Shown: in pieces, positions 8,148 through 17,609 of the stretch
Numbering within the stretch: the first letter of the stretch is position 1
Layout of the letters: every line of letters begins with the position of its first letter
Assembly (NCBI GenBank): GCA_963808235.1
Contig: CAWEEQ010000004.1
Span: forward strand, 3,744,001-3,808,000
DNA from: an uncultured delta proteobacterium
GTDB lineage: Bacteria; Desulfobacterota; Binatia; Binatales; Binataceae
Direction: 5' to 3'
Length of the DNA stretch: 64,000 bases
Position numbers and translations under genes: made by a program
The notes under the pieces: generated by a model
Told to the model about the DNA's origin: nothing
Database searches by the model: none
Seen by the model: only the letters and a program-made list of their open reading frames with translations

Positions 8148-11100
8148 ATGCGCTGTCTATCGTGCGGATACGAAAATCCGCCGGACCGCGAGGGGTTCTG
8201 CGGAAAATGTGGCGCATCCTTGGCCGCCACACCGTTCTCCACGTCGACTATCCGCCCGCAAGCAGCCCGGCCGCCATCACTTTCTTTCGGCTCAGGCCGC
8301 TATCGCGCGATTCGTCTGCTTGGCGAAGGCAGCAACAAGAGAGTCTACCTGGCCCGCGACACCAGTCTCGATCGCGACGTGGCCATCGCGGTCCTCAGGA
8401 CCGAAGGACTCGACGAGGCGGGATGCGCACGTGTCCGCCGCGAGGCGCGGGCCATGGCCAGGCTCGGTGACCATCCAAATGTCGTCACGGTCTACGATGT
8501 CGGCGAAGAAAATGGCCAGCCATTCATCGTCAGCCAGTACATGGCTGGAGGCACGGTCGAAGATTTACTGGCCCGGTCGGCGAATCACCGCTTGCCGGTT
8601 GATCAGGTGCTGAAAATCGCGCTCGAAGCCTGCGAGGCTTTGGGACACTCGCATTCGTGCGGCATCGTTCATCGCGATTTCAAACCGGGAAACATCTTTC
8701 TGACCCAGGACGGCAAGTGCAAACTGGGTGACTTCGGCCTCGCCCTAACGATTGGCCAATCGCGCCTGACGGCAGTCAACATAATCGTCGGCACGGTTAG
8801 TTACATGCCACCCGAAGGAATTCTTGGCAAGCCGCTCGACGCGCGCGGCGATCTCTACTCACTTGGGGCCACCCTATACGACATGATAACCGGCCAGCCG
8901 CCCTTCGTGGGCGATGACCTGCGGACGATTCTGGCCCAACATGTCAACAGGGAGCCAGTGCCCCCGTCAACGCTCGCTCCCGGAACGCCCCGCGCGCTAG
9001 ACGAAATCGTCCTGACACTTCTGAAAAAGGACCCCGCAGAACGGCCCCCGAACGCGACCGCAGTGCGAAACAGGCTGCGGATGCTGGCGGCCTCGCCGAA
9101 GACTTCGATGGAGTTGCTGGCGTCCAGCGTGATGCTGGAACGCCCAAATCTGGGCCTCCACCTAGCCCTGGGCGGAACGTACAGCATCCTGTTTTCGGAC
9201 ATAGAGAATTCGACCGCGATGAACGAGGCGCTCGGCGACCAGAAATTTCACGAAGTGCTTCAAATGCACAATTCGATCATCCGCGGGCAGGTCGAAAGTC
9301 ACGGCGGCTTTGAAGTCAAGTCAATGGGCGACGGATTCATGATCACATTCTCGAGCACGCGGCAAGCGCTGGAATGCGCGATCGGCATCCAGCGACAGCT
9401 CGCGGCCTACAGTGATCAGCATCCGAGACAGCCTATCCGCGTCCGAATCGGACTGCACGTTGGCGAGGCGATCAAGGAGGGCCGCGACTTCTTCGGCAGA
9501 AGCGTGAATATGGCCGCGCGGATCGGGGCCAAGGCTCAAGGCGGTACGATCCTGGTGTCTTCGACGTTCAAGGAAGTGACCGAGGGCAGCGGCGGCTTCC
9601 GCTTCGATCACGGCCGCGCGTTTGAACTGCAGGGCTTTTCGGGAATCCATCGCCTTTACCAAGTGGCCTGGCGGGATGAAGAACGCACCTGTCCCAATTG
9701 CTCGAAGCGAATTTCTGCATCATCTCACTCCTGTCCGAATTGTTCGATCTTGTTGCCCGCGATGCCATTTTCGACGCCTCCGGCACCGGACGAGGAGGTG
9801 CCGGCGGGCATCTGTAAGAAATGCGGCCGTGGGATTCCCGTCGATGCGCGCTTTTGTCCGTACTGCAGTGCTGACTTGACGCCACGTCCCGCGATAGTGC
9901 TCGAAGCCGACCAAGCCGCGGATCTTCAGCCAGATCCTGTCGCGCCGGCGTTGGTGCTCGGCGAGGGACAAGCCGCTGGTTTTCAGCATGGTCCTATCGC
10001 GTCTGGCCGAGCGGGGCGTGCATCAACACTTTTGGCGATTGGAGCGATCAGCATTTTCATTACCGCAATCGGCTTCACCGCAACCTACTACTACAAGGAC
10101 ACTTATCTGCCACGGCAGCGGGCGGCGGCCGAAGCTCGTGCCAAGACCGAGAAGGAGGCACAGGCGCAAGCCGCCGCGCAGGAAGCTGAAAGGGCAAAGA
10201 CGGCAGCAGCGACCGAGCAGACGCGACGCAAGGCTGCGGCGCAGCAACAGGCGGCCGCAGAGGAGCACTATGCGAAGTTGAACGTTCAGCTCGAGAAGGC
10301 TGTCGCCGCGGTCCGGCACGCGAAGGCGGGAAGCGAGGCGGAGAAACAGTTTCGCGAGAATGCGATCTCAATTGCGCTCCAGATGAATCCGCCGCCGGCG
10401 ATTCCAGAAGCGGCGCGCCAGCTGCTCAGCGAGGGTGATGGCACGATGAGTCGCGCAACGACCACCTTCGACTATAACGCGGCAGCCGAAAAATATCGCC
10501 GCGCGCTCTGGCTCGCACCATGGCTCGCCTCAGGCTATCAACGATTGGCTCAGGCCGAAGAGAAAGCCGGCAATCTGGAAGCGGCGGTCGGAGCGCTGAA
10601 CTACTGTAGCGCGGGGGTGCGCGACGCTTCGGCCCGCGCAGAGGTACTCAAGAAGGTTGTGGCGATCCAAGCCCAGATCGGAACATTGAAGAAAGAAGCT
10701 GAACTCAAACAAGAGGCGGAGGCGCAGGCCAGGCTCGAAGCATCGAAGAAGGAAGCCGAGCTCAAGCGACAGGCCGACGCACAGGCCAAGCTCGAAGCAT
10801 CGAACAAAGAAGCGGACCTCAAGAGACAGGCTGAAGCGCAGGCCAGGCTCGAAGCTTTGAAGAAGAATTCTGGGGAAGAACAATCCGACGAAAAGGGGAA
10901 TGACAAATCAGCCGAGAGCTCCAACCAAGCTTCTACGGAGCCGAAGTCTGGCGGTCCCCAAGTGCAAGCCGAGCCGAAACCAAAGCCGGAACCCTCTGAC
11001 CAAACCGCTCCTTGCGCCGCCGCTCTTGCGAGCAGGGACTACGCGGCGGCGCTGTCGTCATGTTCGACGGCCGCAGCCCAAGGTGATTCGCACGCGGAGA

Positions 11101-11489
11101 GCAACCTTGGCGTCATGTACCAAAACGGGCTCGGGGTGCCCAAGGACAACGCTGAGGCGCTCAACTGGTACCTCAAGGCGGCGGCCCAGGGGAACGCGGC
11201 TGCTCAGAATTCCTTGGGCGACGTGTACCTATACGGAGTCGGAGCACGGCAGAATTATATAGAAGCGCTGGACTGGTATCAGAAAGCCGCCAGGCAGGGC
11301 GTGGCGAATGCAATGTTCTCTCTGGGCTACATGTACGAGCAGGGTTTGGGTGTCGGGGTGGACAACACGCGGGCCGTTGAATGGTATCAAAAGGCCGCGA
11401 AGCTGGGCTCCGCTGAGGCGAAGAAACGGCTTGGTTCCGGAACCATTCCAAGCAACCCCGCAGTCTACACCAGCGATCCTTCGCCATGA
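8148..11489 (+). CDS. Membrane-anchored Ser/Thr kinase - class III nucleotide cyclase fusion with zinc ribbons, TPR-like helices and Sel1 repeats
   Basis: N-terminal CLSC..FCGKC; LGEGSNKRVY, HRDFKPGN, DFG, YMPPE; cyclase LFSDIENST, VKSMGDG, RIGLHVG, DFFGRSVNMAARI; CPNC..CPNC and CKKC..FCPYC; TM LLAIGAISIFITAIGFTATYYY; Sel1 repeats (NLGVMYQNGLGV..WY.KAA.QG). Confidence 0.9.
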   Translation: MRCLSCGYENPPDREGFCGKCGASLAATPFSTSTIRPQAARPPSLSFGSGRYRAIRLLGEGSNKRVYLARDTSLDRDVAIAVLRTEGLDEAGCARVRREARAMARLGDHPNVVTVYDVGEENGQPFIVSQYMAGGTVEDLLARSANHRLPVDQVLKIALEACEALGHSHSCGIVHRDFKPGNIFLTQDGKCKLGDFGLALTIGQSRLTAVNIIVGTVSYMPPEGILGKPLDARGDLYSLGATLYDMITGQPPFVGDDLRTILAQHVNREPVPPSTLAPGTPRALDEIVLTLLKKDPAERPPNATAVRNRLRMLAASPKTSMELLASSVMLERPNLGLHLALGGTYSILFSDIENSTAMNEALGDQKFHEVLQMHNSIIRGQVESHGGFEVKSMGDGFMITFSSTRQALECAIGIQRQLAAYSDQHPRQPIRVRIGLHVGEAIKEGRDFFGRSVNMAARIGAKAQGGTILVSSTFKEVTEGSGGFRFDHGRAFELQGFSGIHRLYQVAWRDEERTCPNCSKRISASSHSCPNCSILLPAMPFSTPPAPDEEVPAGICKKCGRGIPVDARFCPYCSADLTPRPAIVLEADQAADLQPDPVAPALVLGEGQAAGFQHGPIASGRAGRASTLLAIGAISIFITAIGFTATYYYKDTYLPRQRAAAEARAKTEKEAQAQAAAQEAERAKTAAATEQTRRKAAAQQQAAAEEHYAKLNVQLEKAVAAVRHAKAGSEAEKQFRENAISIALQMNPPPAIPEAARQLLSEGDGTMSRATTTFDYNAAAEKYRRALWLAPWLASGYQRLAQAEEKAGNLEAAVGALNYCSAGVRDASARAEVLKKVVAIQAQIGTLKKEAELKQEAEAQARLEASKKEAELKRQADAQAKLEASNKEADLKRQAEAQARLEALKKNSGEEQSDEKGNDKSAESSNQASTEPKSGGPQVQAEPKPKPEPSDQTAPCAAALASRDYAAALSSCSTAAAQGDSHAESNLGVMYQNGLGVPKDNAEALNWYLKAAAQGNAAAQNSLGDVYLYGVGARQNYIEALDWYQKAARQGVANAMFSLGYMYEQGLGVGVDNTRAVEWYQKAAKLGSAEAKKRLGSGTIPSNPAVYTSDPSP
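10689..10859 (+). repeat. Three 57-bp coding tandem repeats (19-aa unit KKEAELKRQAEAQARLEAS)
   Basis: Units start at 10689, 10746 and 10803. Confidence 0.85.
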
Positions 11490-11652
11490 CGTGAAGAAAT
11501 CTCTCGCGATTTTGTTCAGCCGAGCTTCAGAAGATCAAACGGTTTACTTGCAGCTAGCCCGCCGTCTGCCACTGTTGACACGTCTAAAGCGCGGTGACAG
11601 GATGTTTGCCGTTTCCGCCGTTTCGTCAGCAATTCAAGTCCGGGGGGAGTTT

Positions 11653-12102
11653 ATGAAGCGGTATCTCGTATTCCTTGTGGCTGTGCTTGGGTTGCAGAGC
11701 CATGGATGTGCTTCGATATTTTGGGGTACTCACCAGGATCTCTCCATTGACAGCACGCCAAGTGGGACGCTCGCCAGTCTCTCCGATGGACAGAGCTGTA
11801 CAACGCCATGCAAAGTTCGAATTTCGCGAGGAACCACATATGCGATCAAATTTTCGAAGGACAACTGTGTTGGCCAGACTGAAATGGTCTCCAGCACTGT
11901 ATCAGGGGGTGCAATGGCAGTTTCCTTGATAGGAATCCCGGCGGGTACAATCATTGATTACATGGACGGCGCTGTTTACAGCGCTGACCCAAATCCAGTG
12001 AGTTCCTCGCTTGAATGCAAGCTCCCGTCAGTAGCTAATGCTCCTGCACCTGAAGCTCCGGCGATACTTCCTACAAAAGCTTCGGCCTCTACCTCGCCCT
12101 AG
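11653..12102 (+). CDS. PEGA-like domain lipoprotein 1
   Basis: GGGAG RBS; MKRYLVFLVAVLGLQSHG-C; SIDSTPSG..CTTPC; hydrophobic segment then IIDYMDGAVY..PNPV. Confidence 0.75.
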   Translation: MKRYLVFLVAVLGLQSHGCASIFWGTHQDLSIDSTPSGTLASLSDGQSCTTPCKVRISRGTTYAIKFSKDNCVGQTEMVSSTVSGGAMAVSLIGIPAGTIIDYMDGAVYSADPNPVSSSLECKLPSVANAPAPEAPAILPTKASASTSP

Positions 12103-12152
12103 ACTTCGCGATTGATCCCAAGACCGAAGAGAATTCGGCCCAAGGAGTATCC

Positions 12153-12608
12153 ATGAAGAGACTTCTTGTATGCCTTGTCGCCGTGCTGGGACTGCTGAAT
12201 CATGGATGCGCTTCAGCTATTAGAGGAACTAGCGAAGACCTTTCCATCGAGAGCACACCGAATGCCGCGGTTGCAACTCTTTCTGACGGACAAACTTGTA
12301 CCACACCCTGCACGTTGCGAATTTCAAGAGGAAAAGCTTACGACGTCAAATTTTCAAAAAGCGGCTGCATCGACCAGACTGAAGTCGTTCAACCACATGC
12401 CTCGGGCAGTGGAGTAGCGGAAGCCCTTTTCCCGTTGTTGACCTATTCTCTGGTAGTCGATTCGATGAACGGAGCCATTTACGACGCCAAACCAAATCCC
12501 GTGACTTCGAACCTTCAATGTATGCCCTCATCTGAGCCCACCTTTTTGGCCCCGGTGACTTCATCGGCGTCCGCTCCCAAAGCCGCTGCGTCTGATTTGC
12601 CAAAGTGA
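12153..12608 (+). CDS. PEGA-like domain lipoprotein 2 (paralogue of the preceding gene)
   Basis: AAGGAG RBS; MKRLLVCLVAVLGLLNHG-C; SIESTPNA..LSDGQTCTTPC..ISRG..Y..KFSK; VVDSMNGAIY..PNPV. Confidence 0.75.
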   Translation: MKRLLVCLVAVLGLLNHGCASAIRGTSEDLSIESTPNAAVATLSDGQTCTTPCTLRISRGKAYDVKFSKSGCIDQTEVVQPHASGSGVAEALFPLLTYSLVVDSMNGAIYDAKPNPVTSNLQCMPSSEPTFLAPVTSSASAPKAAASDLPK

Positions 12609-12649
12609 TCTTCTTCATCCCCGCGGTCAACGAGTCGACCCAACTCTTC

Positions 12650-12739
12650 GGGTCCCGGCCAGTCGGCGCACTATCGCAGTCAGACCTCCTCCTAAGCTGA
12701 AGTTCATTCCGCGCGGGCGCAATTGCGATGGCGATCTCG
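12650..12739 (+). repeat. 90-bp direct repeat, right copy
   Basis: Identical to 7140-7229. Confidence 0.95.
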
Positions 12740-12902
12740 CGATTGCCGATTCGAGTGCCCCGCGTGACTAAAAGTCGATTTGCGTTCACCTTTCCTGCTC
12801 ACCAACGGTCCATAGTCTGTCAACCGCAAGCGTATCGTGCGACGATCTTCCTGCAGCGCGGCGGCGGCCTTTAATCGCCGGTTGCGGGGGAAGATCGAGG
12901 GG

Positions 12903-13940
12903 GTGTCTGTCCAGCCGAAATTCATGGAGCCCGAAGCTCCTTTTGCGGTCGAGCGGGTCCTCGTTGGAGAGCATCCCGCGATCGTCAAGCTGCGCGCTCT
13001 GATCGAGCGCGTCGCCCCAACCGAGGCGACCGTGCTGATCATCGGTGAGAGCGGGACCGGCAAAGAAGTGGTCGCGCAGGCGATTCACGCACTCTCGCCG
13101 CGGAACCTGATGCCGTTTGTGCCGGTGAACTGCGCCGCGATTCCTCACGACCTGCTTGAATCCGAAATGTTTGGACATGAGCGGGGCGCATTCACCGGCG
13201 CCGCTGGATCGCGCCATGGGCTTCTGACTACCGCCGATAAAGGCACGATCTTTCTCGACGAAATCGGCGAGATGCCCAATGGCTTGCAGGCCAAGCTGCT
13301 GCGCGTGCTGGAAGACGGCGCGGTGCGGCCAGTCGGCTCCGATCGCGCGAGCCGGGTAAACGTGCGGGTGATTGCCGCGAGCAATGTCGATCTCGCCAAA
13401 GCGGTTGACAAGGGTGCGTTTCGCGCCGACCTTTTCTACCGGCTGCAAGTCGTGCCGATCGTGATTCCTCCGATGCGCGAGCGGCGATCGGATACTCCGC
13501 TGCTCACCGAATTTTTCCTCGATCGGGTTCGCGATCGCACTCCCGGCCGGAGCATCGCAATCAGCCGCGAGGCGATGGTGGCGCTGTGGTCTTACGATTG
13601 GCCGGGCAACGTGCGCGAGCTCGAGCATATGGTCGAGCGGCTGGCGATCCTGTGCGAAGATTCGATCATCGACATTCCGCTACTGCCCGAGAGCCTCGCG
13701 CTTGGCGCGCGTCCGGCGGCGGCCCCGATTCCAGTCCGGCTTGGCGAGACTGGGGTGAACCTCAACGACTTGGTACGGGAATTGGAGGGTAGACTGATAA
13801 ACGATGCACTAAAGCAGAGCGGAGGAAACAAACAGGCTGCGGCGCGACTGCTCGGACTGAAGCGGACGACATTTTCCGCGAAGCTGCGGCGCTGCGGCGT
13901 GATAGCTACGGCATCTTCGGACGAGAACGAGGAAGACTAG
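12903..13940 (+). CDS. Sigma-54-dependent transcriptional activator (AAA+ and Fis HTH, no N-terminal sensory domain); start uncertain (12903 GTG or 12924 ATG)
   Basis: [46 protein letters not shown], and [20 protein letters not shown]. Confidence 0.9.
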   Translation: MSVQPKFMEPEAPFAVERVLVGEHPAIVKLRALIERVAPTEATVLIIGESGTGKEVVAQAIHALSPRNLMPFVPVNCAAIPHDLLESEMFGHERGAFTGAAGSRHGLLTTADKGTIFLDEIGEMPNGLQAKLLRVLEDGAVRPVGSDRASRVNVRVIAASNVDLAKAVDKGAFRADLFYRLQVVPIVIPPMRERRSDTPLLTEFFLDRVRDRTPGRSIAISREAMVALWSYDWPGNVRELEHMVERLAILCEDSIIDIPLLPESLALGARPAAAPIPVRLGETGVNLNDLVRELEGRLINDALKQSGGNKQAAARLLGLKRTTFSAKLRRCGVIATASSDENEED

Positions 13941-13956
13941 CCGGGCAAGGATTGGT

Positions 13957-14406
13957 ATGGACGAAGCAATCAGAGCGCCCCAGATAATGATCGTTGACGA
14001 CGATCAGGACACAGTTGCAATCCTGGCGCGGCATCTGCAACGCGAAGGCTTTGTCCCAATAGAAGCCCACTCCGGCGCCCAGTGTCTCAAACTGGTACTG
14101 GAGAACGAAGTCGACGTGATCCTGCTCGATCTCATGATGCCGGAGATGGACGGGTTCCAGGTGGTCAAAGAACTCAGGAAAAATCCCGTCACCGCGGAGA
14201 TCCCGATAATCATGATCACCGCGCGCGACGACCTGGACGCGCGGGCTGAGGGGATGCGCCTCGGGGTCAGCGACTTCCTTGCCAAGCCGGTGTTCCGCCG
14301 TCAGCTCGCGAGCCGGGTCCGCGCGCAGCTGGAGGTGGTGGAGACGGCGCGCAACGCGACGGCCGCGATGGATCGACTCGACGCGGCCACCAAGCGGTCG
14401 CACTAA
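13957..14406 (+). CDS. Single-domain response regulator (receiver)
   Basis: IMIVDDD, ILLDLMMPEMDG, ITAR, FLAKP. Confidence 0.9.
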   Translation: MDEAIRAPQIMIVDDDQDTVAILARHLQREGFVPIEAHSGAQCLKLVLENEVDVILLDLMMPEMDGFQVVKELRKNPVTAEIPIIMITARDDLDARAEGMRLGVSDFLAKPVFRRQLASRVRAQLEVVETARNATAAMDRLDAATKRSH

Positions 14407-14571
14407 ACGCTGACGCGAATCGATTTCAACGTCGACCGATGCAGTCCGTGCGCTGCACGTTATTGCATTGCGATCTCCCGAGCCCTTCGATTACAAGTTA
14501 AGCGTTCGTATTGTCGGCGGTTCGTTTTGAATCGATCGTCCTGAATCGACCGCTCAAGGAGAAAATTCGCG

Positions 14572-14940
14572 ATGAACGGCGACTCCCGCACCCAGCAATC
14601 CCACGTAATCGCCGCGCTCTCATACCTGCTCGGCTTTATCACCGGCCTGATTTTCCTTTACATCGAGCCGTACAGCCAGGACGACTACGTCCGCTTCCAC
14701 GCGCGCCAGTCGATCGGGTTTTCGGTCGCATGGTTTGCGATAAGTGTGATCCTCGGCGTGTTTATCGCGGTGCTGCCACAATTTCTGAGCGTGATCCTGG
14801 GCTTTCTGCTCGACATCATCGACATTGCGCTCGCGTGCTACTGGATCTTCCTGATGTACAAGGCGTACAGCGGCGAGCGCTATCGCATTCCCGAGCTTGC
14901 GGACATCGTCGATAGCATCGCGGGCACTCCCGCCGCTTAA
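14572..14940 (+). CDS. DUF4870-like small membrane protein
   Basis: AAGGAG RBS; AALSYLLG..VRFHARQS..MYKAYSGERYRIP; three TM segments. Confidence 0.75.
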   Translation: MNGDSRTQQSHVIAALSYLLGFITGLIFLYIEPYSQDDYVRFHARQSIGFSVAWFAISVILGVFIAVLPQFLSVILGFLLDIIDIALACYWIFLMYKAYSGERYRIPELADIVDSIAGTPAA

Positions 14941-14975
14941 GCTCGCTCCAGTCGCGCGGCGCAAGCTCTGAAGTT

Positions 14976-17312
14976 CTATTTCTCGGTGGACGCGATGGCT
15001 GCAGATGCCTCCGCGGCTACGGCCTCGGCGGCCGGCGTGTTGTCGGCCGGCTGAGCGTTGGCCGGCTGATCCTCAGCAGGATGGTCTTCAGCGGGATGAT
15101 CTTCGGCCGCCGCGTCGTTTAGATGGCCGTCGGCGATTGTGACGGGCGCGCGCGTCTGCGCTTGTATATTTGCGATTCCCTGGGTCGCGAGTTTCAGGCT
15201 CGGCTCGAGGTTGATAGCGTCGAGCACGCGGCGGGAAACTTCATCGGTGATCTGCGGCGCGGTGCGGGACTCGGCCGGGTAGCGGATAATTATCTCGAGG
15301 CCGGACTGGCTAAGATGCATGCGGCTCTGCGGCTTGGGCGTTTCGAGGATGATGTTGAGATCGTGTTCGAGATGCCGAAATTCGGCGAGCACGCGGTCGC
15401 GATAACGCGCGAAGACTTCATCGACGGCGTCGAGCAGGCGTTTTTCCGCGAGCCGGTAATCGCAATCCGGCGCAAGCGTGAGCCGGATCTCGTTCCACAC
15501 GAAGCTGGTCCCGGGCGCCTGCTTGAAAAAGTTTCCCGACGGCTGGAACACGACCGCATTTGAGAACACCACTACGCGGCCGGTGGGCTGGCGATGGGTC
15601 CCGCTGCCGCTGAGTTCCATCATCGAGAGCTTCACCAATCCAATATCGATCACGTCGCCGGTGACGCCGCCGATTTGCACCCGATCGCCGGCCTTGATTC
15701 CGAATCGTCCGATCAGAAAGAAGTAGCCCGCGATCGACAGGATCACGTTCTGCAGCGCGACCGCGATTCCGGCGGCGGCGAATCCAACCACGGTCGCGGC
15801 CGAGCCGAGCTCGTCGGAGAAGTTGAGCAGCACCACGGCGAGAATGAGCAGGCCGATCACCAGCCGGCGCGCCGCCAGCACCTGCCCGCGGCGGCGGATA
15901 TCCTGCACGTAGCGATGCGTGAGCCATCGCCACACCTGCCCGCCGAGAAAGATCACGCCCAAGGCGGCGGCAAGTCCGAACAGCCGGAAAATCAGGCGCC
16001 TGAACTCCGTGGTCCAGCGATCGTTGATCGTCGCGCGCCAGCGCTCGAGGTTGTTGGTATAGATCCCCAGCAGCACCATCTGCTTGGACAGCGGCAGAGC
16101 GCTCGCGCTCGCGATTTTGTGCTCGGCGAGTAAATTCTCGAAGGCTTGCTTGCGATCCTGGAGCGTCGCCACATTGCCGGCCCCCCCGGTCTGGGCGAGT
16201 TGGTAGCCGCCGGCGTCAAGCGCGCCGATTCGTTTGAGAATCGGATCGCGAACCTGTTTGATTCGCGCGGCCAGCGCCCTGGTCTGATCGGCGCTCCGCT
16301 CAAGCGAATCCATCCTGCCCTGGAGCGCGATTAGATCCGTGGTGAGGCTCAGAATGCCTGACGGTTCGACGGCTGGGTGCGCCGGTACAACGGGCTTGGC
16401 GTTACGCTCTGCGTCGGAGATCGAATGATCGAGTTGATCGATTTCTCCGGCCAGAGATTGTTCGGGCGCCGCGCTGCCGGCTTGGAATTGCACGAATGCG
16501 TTCAGCGCGTCGATCCGCGCGTTGACCAGATCGAGCTCGTTTTGTGCGCTCGCGATCTCGGCGGAGAGCGCCGCACGCTGCTTAGCGGGCGACTTCTTCA
16601 GCTGCGCTCGCAGATCCCTCAGATGCGCCTGCAACGCGGTCGCGCTCGCTTGCATCTGAACGAACTTTTGCTTGATGTCGCTGGGGGTGTCGGATGCCGT
16701 CGGCGCCGCGACGACCTCCGCGGGTGCGGCGCTGCCCGTCTTTTGCGTGGGCTTGACCGTGGTCTGCCCGGTGGTTGCGGCGATAAAGGTCGCCTGCGCG
16801 CGCGCGTACTCGAAAGCAAGACTCAGGATCTGGTTCGCGACCTGGCGGTCATCGGCGAAGAAAAGCGTTTCTTCAGGCTCGACGACCAGTTGGCCCTCGG
16901 TGCCGAGATGGCGGTACCAGCCGATCACATCACTCAGATACGCGATGACGGTTTGCGGATTCGTCGGCGAGAACGTGGCTTGTTTCTGCGCCGCGGAACT
17001 CGGGCCTGCGGACGGCGGCGCGGCAGCAGACGTGGGATTGGTGGCTTGAGAACTCGCGAGCGGGGAAGGAGCGGCTGCGATCGCGCCGGTACTTGCGCTC
17101 GAACTTAAGCTCGAACTTGCGCCGATTCTCGATGCCGGCATTGCAGTGGACAGTGCCGAAGGCGCGAGACTCGCAGCCAGCGAGCGCCGCGTCGATCCGA
17201 AAATGGCGGCGGTCGCACCGAGCGAGGCGACCGCCACGATGACGAGCGGTATCGTGCTGTTACGACGGCGGATTCCGATAGATGAAAGTGGGGTCTTGCG
17301 ACGCGAACGCAT
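14976..17312 (-). CDS. Large MscS-family mechanosensitive channel with periplasmic coiled-coil region
   Basis: GFAAAGIAVALQNVILSIAG, IKAGDRVQIGGVTGDVIDIG, GRVVVFSN; long N-terminal helical region. Confidence 0.85.
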   Translation of the reverse strand: MRSRRKTPLSSIGIRRRNSTIPLVIVAVASLGATAAIFGSTRRSLAASLAPSALSTAMPASRIGASSSLSSSASTGAIAAAPSPLASSQATNPTSAAAPPSAGPSSAAQKQATFSPTNPQTVIAYLSDVIGWYRHLGTEGQLVVEPEETLFFADDRQVANQILSLAFEYARAQATFIAATTGQTTVKPTQKTGSAAPAEVVAAPTASDTPSDIKQKFVQMQASATALQAHLRDLRAQLKKSPAKQRAALSAEIASAQNELDLVNARIDALNAFVQFQAGSAAPEQSLAGEIDQLDHSISDAERNAKPVVPAHPAVEPSGILSLTTDLIALQGRMDSLERSADQTRALAARIKQVRDPILKRIGALDAGGYQLAQTGGAGNVATLQDRKQAFENLLAEHKIASASALPLSKQMVLLGIYTNNLERWRATINDRWTTEFRRLIFRLFGLAAALGVIFLGGQVWRWLTHRYVQDIRRRGQVLAARRLVIGLLILAVVLLNFSDELGSAATVVGFAAAGIAVALQNVILSIAGYFFLIGRFGIKAGDRVQIGGVTGDVIDIGLVKLSMMELSGSGTHRQPTGRVVVFSNAVVFQPSGNFFKQAPGTSFVWNEIRLTLAPDCDYRLAEKRLLDAVDEVFARYRDRVLAEFRHLEHDLNIILETPKPQSRMHLSQSGLEIIIRYPAESRTAPQITDEVSRRVLDAINLEPSLKLATQGIANIQAQTRAPVTIADGHLNDAAAEDHPAEDHPAEDQPANAQPADNTPAAEAVAAEASAAIASTEK

Positions 17313-17609
17313 CAGGAAACCTTACCATGCGGTCCGAGAGCAGTTCGATCAGGGGTAAGAATTGCGCAGAGCAGATGTTGCGAGAAGAGTAATTTATACC
17401 ACCTGTTGTGGCTTTGGGAAGACCAGGCTCTATGCGTAGCTTCGTTCCGTCAAAAATGTTTTCGTTCATCCCCAAGGTGAGAGGCGCGCATTAAGCTCGA
17501 CGACAGGCGCCGCTCACGACCGCGCGCGACTGCATCGCGCGCGACGACTCTCACCGGTAAGGCGAACAGGCGCATAAGAATCGTCGCGTCGGCTCTTAGC
17601 GAAGTGTGC

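Larger units (their letters stand above)
7140..12739. mobile_element. Putative integrated island between 90-bp direct repeats (no integrase inside)
   Basis: The direct repeat duplicates a gene 3' end. Internal lipoprotein genes and spacers are visibly more AT-rich than the flanks. Confidence 0.65.

Noticed and set aside
11308-11652. N-terminal extension of ORF 11308-12102
   Set aside because: Overlaps the kinase gene; the RBS, signal peptide and paralogue all place the start at 11653.
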